Assembly (NCBI GenBank): GCA_002269645.1
Contig: NIVC01003620.1
Location: 23,096-87,095, forward strand
Reading direction: 5' to 3'
DNA from: Macrostomum lignano
Lineage: Eukaryota
DNA: 64,000 nucleotides
In this document: in pieces, positions 59,985 through 64,000 of the stretch
Layout of the letters: each line of letters begins with the position of its first letter
How positions within the stretch are numbered: the first letter of the stretch is position 1
Position numbers and translations under genes: made by a program
The notes under the pieces: model-generated
Told to the model about the DNA's origin: nothing
Seen by the model: the letters and a program-made list of their open reading frames with translations, nothing else
The model's database searches: none

Positions 59985-61408
59985 CCACCAGCCATTGACA
60001 CATTCCATAGACCCATTCCCGTCAGCCATAGAGACACATTTCCGTCAGCCATAGACACATTTCCGTCAGCTATAGACACATTTCCGTCAGCCATAGAGAC
60101 ACATTTCCGTCAGCCATAGACACATTTCCGTCAGCCATAGACACATTTCCGTCAGCCATAGACACATTCCGTCAGCCATAGACACATTCCCGTCAGCCAT
60201 AGGCACATTACCGTCAGCCATAGACACATTCCCACCAGCCATAGACACATTCCCGTCAGCCATAGACACATTCCCACCAGCCATAGACACATTCCCACCA
60301 GCCATAGACACATTCCCGTCAGCCATAGACACATTCCCACCAGCCATAGACACATTCCCACCAGCCATAGACACATTCCCACCAGCCATAGACACATTCC
60401 CACCAGCCATAGACACATTCCCGTCAGCCATAGACACATTCCCACCAGCCATAGACACATTCCCACCAGCCATAGACACATTCCCGTCAGCCATAGACAC
60501 ATTCCCACCAGCCATAGACACATTCCCACCAGCCATAGACACATTCCCACCAGCCATAGACACATTCCCACCAGCCATAGACACATTCCCGTCAGCCATA
60601 GACACATTCCCACCAGCCATAGACACATTCCCACCAGCCATAGACACATTCCCGTCAGCCATAGGCACATTCCCGTCAGCCATAGACACATTCCCACCAG
60701 CCATAGACACATTCCCACCAGCCATAGACACATTCCCACCAGCCATAGACACATTCCCGTCAGCCATAGACACATTCCCACCAGCCATAGACACATTCCC
60801 ACCAGCCATAGACACATTCCCGTCAGCCATAGGCACATTCCCGTCAGCCATAGACACATTCCCACCAGCCATAGACACATTCCCACCAGCCATAGACACA
60901 TTCCCACCAGCCATAGACACATTCCCGTCAGCCATAGACACATTCCCACCAGCCATAGACACATTCCCACCAGCCATAGACACATTCCCACCAGCCATAG
61001 ACACATTCCCACCAGCCATAGACACATTTCCGTCAGCTATAGACACATTTCCGTCAGCCATAGAGACACATTTCCGTCAGCCATAGACACATTTCCGTCA
61101 GCTATAGACACATTCCCACCAGCCATAGACACATTCCCGTCAGCCATAGACACATTCCCACCAGCCATAGACACATTCCCACCAGCCATAGACACATTCC
61201 CGTCAGCCATAGGCACATTCCCGTCAGCCATAGACACATTCCCACCAGCCATAGACACATTCCCACCAGCCATAGACACATTCCCACCAGCCATAGACAC
61301 ATTCCCACCAGCCATAGACACATTCCCACCAGCCATAGACACATTCCCACCAGCCATAGACACATTCCCACCAGCCATAGACACATTCCCACCAGCCATA
61401 GACACATT
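59985..61408. repeat. 21-bp minisatellite (CAGCCATAGACACATTCCCAC/CGT)
   Basis: Period 21. Confidence 0.97.
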
Positions 61409-61585
61409 CGAATCAACCATCAGCCTTCGGTCAGAACGCTTACTCATTAGCAATATAGGCAGGCCGTTGTCATTGATCTCAGAAGTACACTCTGCACTTT
61501 ACAAACCGCATCTGTAGGTACGACGCCACCCGTCGCCGCCAAATAGTGGAAGCCACCGCCGGCCCACCCGTGAATCGGGCCGACC

Positions 61586-64000
61586 TTGCCGGCTCCGGTC
61601 AAACAGATTCGCCTGCGGATACCGCCGGACGGCCAGATTGGCTTCTCAATCAGGGGCGGGCGGGACTTCGGCACCGGCATCTTCGTGTCCGGGTGAGCCG
61701 CTTTGACACCCAAAATGGCCGCTGACACCCACAAATCTGGGTCACTGACACCCACAAATCTGGGTCACTGACACCCACAAATCTGGGTCACTGACACCCA
61801 CAAATCTGGGTCACTGACACCCACAAATCTGGGTCACTGACACCCCACAAATCTGGGTCACTGACACCCACAAATCTGGGTCACTGACACCCACAAATCT
61901 GGGTCACTGACACCCACAAATCTGGGTCACTGACACCCACAAATCTGGGTCACTGACACCCACAAATCTAAGTCACTGACAACCCCAATCTAAGTCACTG
62001 ACACCCCCAATCTAAGCCACTGACACCCCCAATCTAAGCCACTGACACCCCCAATCTAAGCCACTGACACCCCCAATCTAAGCCACTGACATTAGGTGGC
62101 TAACATTAGGCATTAGGTATTCTTGCTTTCTAAAAAACCGAGTTAGTTGTGCATTACGTCATGAGTATTTTCACAGACAAACCAAAAAATCTCAACCCAC
62201 ATCGCCACCAACTGACAGCACAGTGCCGCAGAGCGCGGCGGACAGCGGCGGACTGCGAGCGGGTCAGCTGATTGTGCAGATCAACGGCATGGAGTTTGAC
62301 GACCTGTCGCACTGGCAGCCGCGATGTTCATCAAGCAGCATCAGTCGATCTTAAGATCACTGTTAAGGTAATTAAAAAAAACATTACAAGTATATTATAA
62401 AATTTACATATTTGAAGGCCGCTTGAATAATTTAGCGATCTCCTCATTTGGGCAATTTGTTTCTACGCTTAGAATAAATTGTTTGAAGAGAGGGAGGGGG
62501 TTGTAGCCTAGTGGTCAGAGCCTCGGACTCACGACCGAAAGGTCGGGGGTTCGATTCTGGACCCACTCGGAACAATTTTTGTCCTTGAGCAAGACAACTA
62601 ACTCTGCATTGCTTCAGTTCACCAGCTGTAAAATGGGTGCCAGCATTAGCTGGGGAATTGAGGGTGTGTGGCGACCCCCAGTCCTTGACTGAACAGCCGT
62701 ACGCAGCCTTCAGATGCGCCGCGCAATAGCTGCGGCTGAGCTGTCGGTTGCACATCTGCCCATTAGGGAGGTGCAATCAATTATCAGTTATATTTATTAT
62801 TGAAGAGAGATACACCTTGGAGCTCTGACTGCTGATCATGTTTGGACTCTCCTGACACCGAATTGGACTCTCCTGACACCCGAATTGGACTCTCCTGACA
62901 CCGAATTGGACTCTCTGACACCCGAATTGGACTCTTCCTGACACCGAATTGGACTCTTCCTGACACCCGAATTGGACTCTCCTGACACCCGAATTGGACT
63001 CTCCTGACACCCGAATTGGACTCTCCTGACACACCGAATTGGACTCTTCCTGACACCCGAATTGGACTCTCCTGACACCCGAATTGGACTCTCCTGACAC
63101 CCGAATTGGACTCTCCTGACACCCGAATTGGACTCTTCCTGACACCCGAATTGGACTCTTCCTGACACCCGAATTGGACTCTTCCTGACACCCGAATTGG
63201 ACTCTTCCTGACACCCGAATTGAGCTCTCCTGACACTCTAGAATGCTCTTGGCACCTTAAACATCCTGACACCTCAAGCATATCTGACACCCCAGGATGG
63301 TCTTGGCACCTTAAACATCCTGACACCTCAAGCACATCTGACACCCTAGGCCGCAGCTACTCCAGACACGCTGCAACAGGCAGATAAGAGCTAGGAAATT
63401 TCTCATAAGATGCACTTAGATTAGAACGCAAGATATAATTATATAAATACGCTCATATGAATAATTAATTAATCAGCCCCTACAACTATTGCACAGGAGG
63501 TGGGATTCGTTCCGCTGTACAAGCAGCTTCCATCAGGCAAGCAACAGCAGCCAGCTATTCAATCTGAGGACTGCTCAGACACCGAAACTGAGGGCTGCGT
63601 CTGCCAGCACCGCTCCTGCCACTCCTCTATGGATAATTTTGAGTACGTGTACCAGCTGCTCATAGTGAGTTTTCTGGGAATATTTTGAAAGCACAGCTGT
63701 TAAGATGTCCCCGCCTTTCAGGCAGTTCATGGACGAACCAGAAGCCGAGGACATCTACCAGAACGTGACAGACGGAGTCCTTGAGCAGCCAGTCACCGAC
63801 ATCGACTGCCAGCTCGCAGCTTTGCAGCAGCAGCAGCAGCCGCCGGACCCCGTCACCGACATCGACGCCATCCTGGACATCTCTGACGATGGCGGAGATG
63901 GCGACGACTTCAACCAACCTGCTGAGCACCGAAAGTCAGTTCAATCGAGGATTCCTCCCCTCCACCACCACCAGCAGCTGCTGCCGAACCGGCTCCGCAG
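61586..64000 (+). CDS. PDZ-domain protein, harmonin/whirlin/PDZD7-like, 3'-incomplete; frameshifted as given (pseudogene or sequence errors)
   Basis: Exon ending 61692 encodes VKQIRLRIPPDGQIGFSIRGGRDFGTGIFVS. Exon 62219-62367 encodes GTVPQSAADSGGLRAGQLIVQINGMEFDDLSH, then needs two frameshifts to give AAAMFIKQHQS and LKITVK. Exon 63497-63664 (EVGFVP..) and an exon from about 63726 (FMDEPEAEDIYQNV..) run off the window. No ATG found; TTG at 61586. Confidence 0.65.
61730..62092. repeat. 23-bp minisatellite (CACAAATCTGGGTCACTGACACC) grading into a 21-bp variant
   Basis: Period 23 then 21, intronic. Confidence 0.95.
62496..62800 (+). mobile_element. tRNA-derived SINE with CORE-like central domain
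   Basis: A box TAGCCTAGTGGT and B box GGTTCGATTC (62548-62557). Then GTCCTTGAGCAAGACAACTAACTCTGCATTGCTTCAGTTCACCAGCTGTAAAATGGG, which resembles the MIR/CORE consensus as recalled. The 3' tail is TTA-rich. Confidence 0.8.
62835..63235. repeat. 21/22-bp minisatellite (GACACCCGAATTGGACTCTCCT)
   Basis: Direct observation. Confidence 0.95.

Overview
This is eukaryotic (metazoan) genomic DNA. GC-rich exons are separated by introns largely filled with mini- and microsatellites. The style resembles a free-living flatworm such as Macrostomum, but that is inference only. Most long ORFs in the supplied track are repeat artefacts. Manual splicing (GT-AG with phase checks) gives six genes: (1) a 5'-incomplete multi-Tudor protein (+, 1998-14145); (2) a small Ly6/three-finger-like secreted or GPI-type protein (+, 24949-26026); (3) a two-domain cyclic-nucleotide-binding protein (-, 27903-39728); (4) a prolyl 4-hydroxylase alpha-like gene with an apparent GC-AG intron (+, 44292-49014); (5) a complete voltage-sensing phosphatase, VSP/TPTE (-, 49676-57871); (6) a 3'-incomplete harmonin/whirlin-like PDZ gene with frameshifts (+, about 61586-64000). 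Mobile DNA comprises a 2.1-kb non-autonomous TIR element with TA duplication inside a 39-bp minisatellite, a near-full-length dead RTE LINE inside a (TTAG)n array, a truncated LINE 3' end with a 12-bp TSD, a tRNA-headed CORE-like SINE, a small MITE-like inverted repeat and a tRNA-Arg pseudogene. No CRISPR array is present. The most notable patterns are the RTE element in (TTAG)n, tandem arrays that abut or resemble splice signals or contain a stop codon, and two pairs of related arrays in inverted orientation around the P4H locus.
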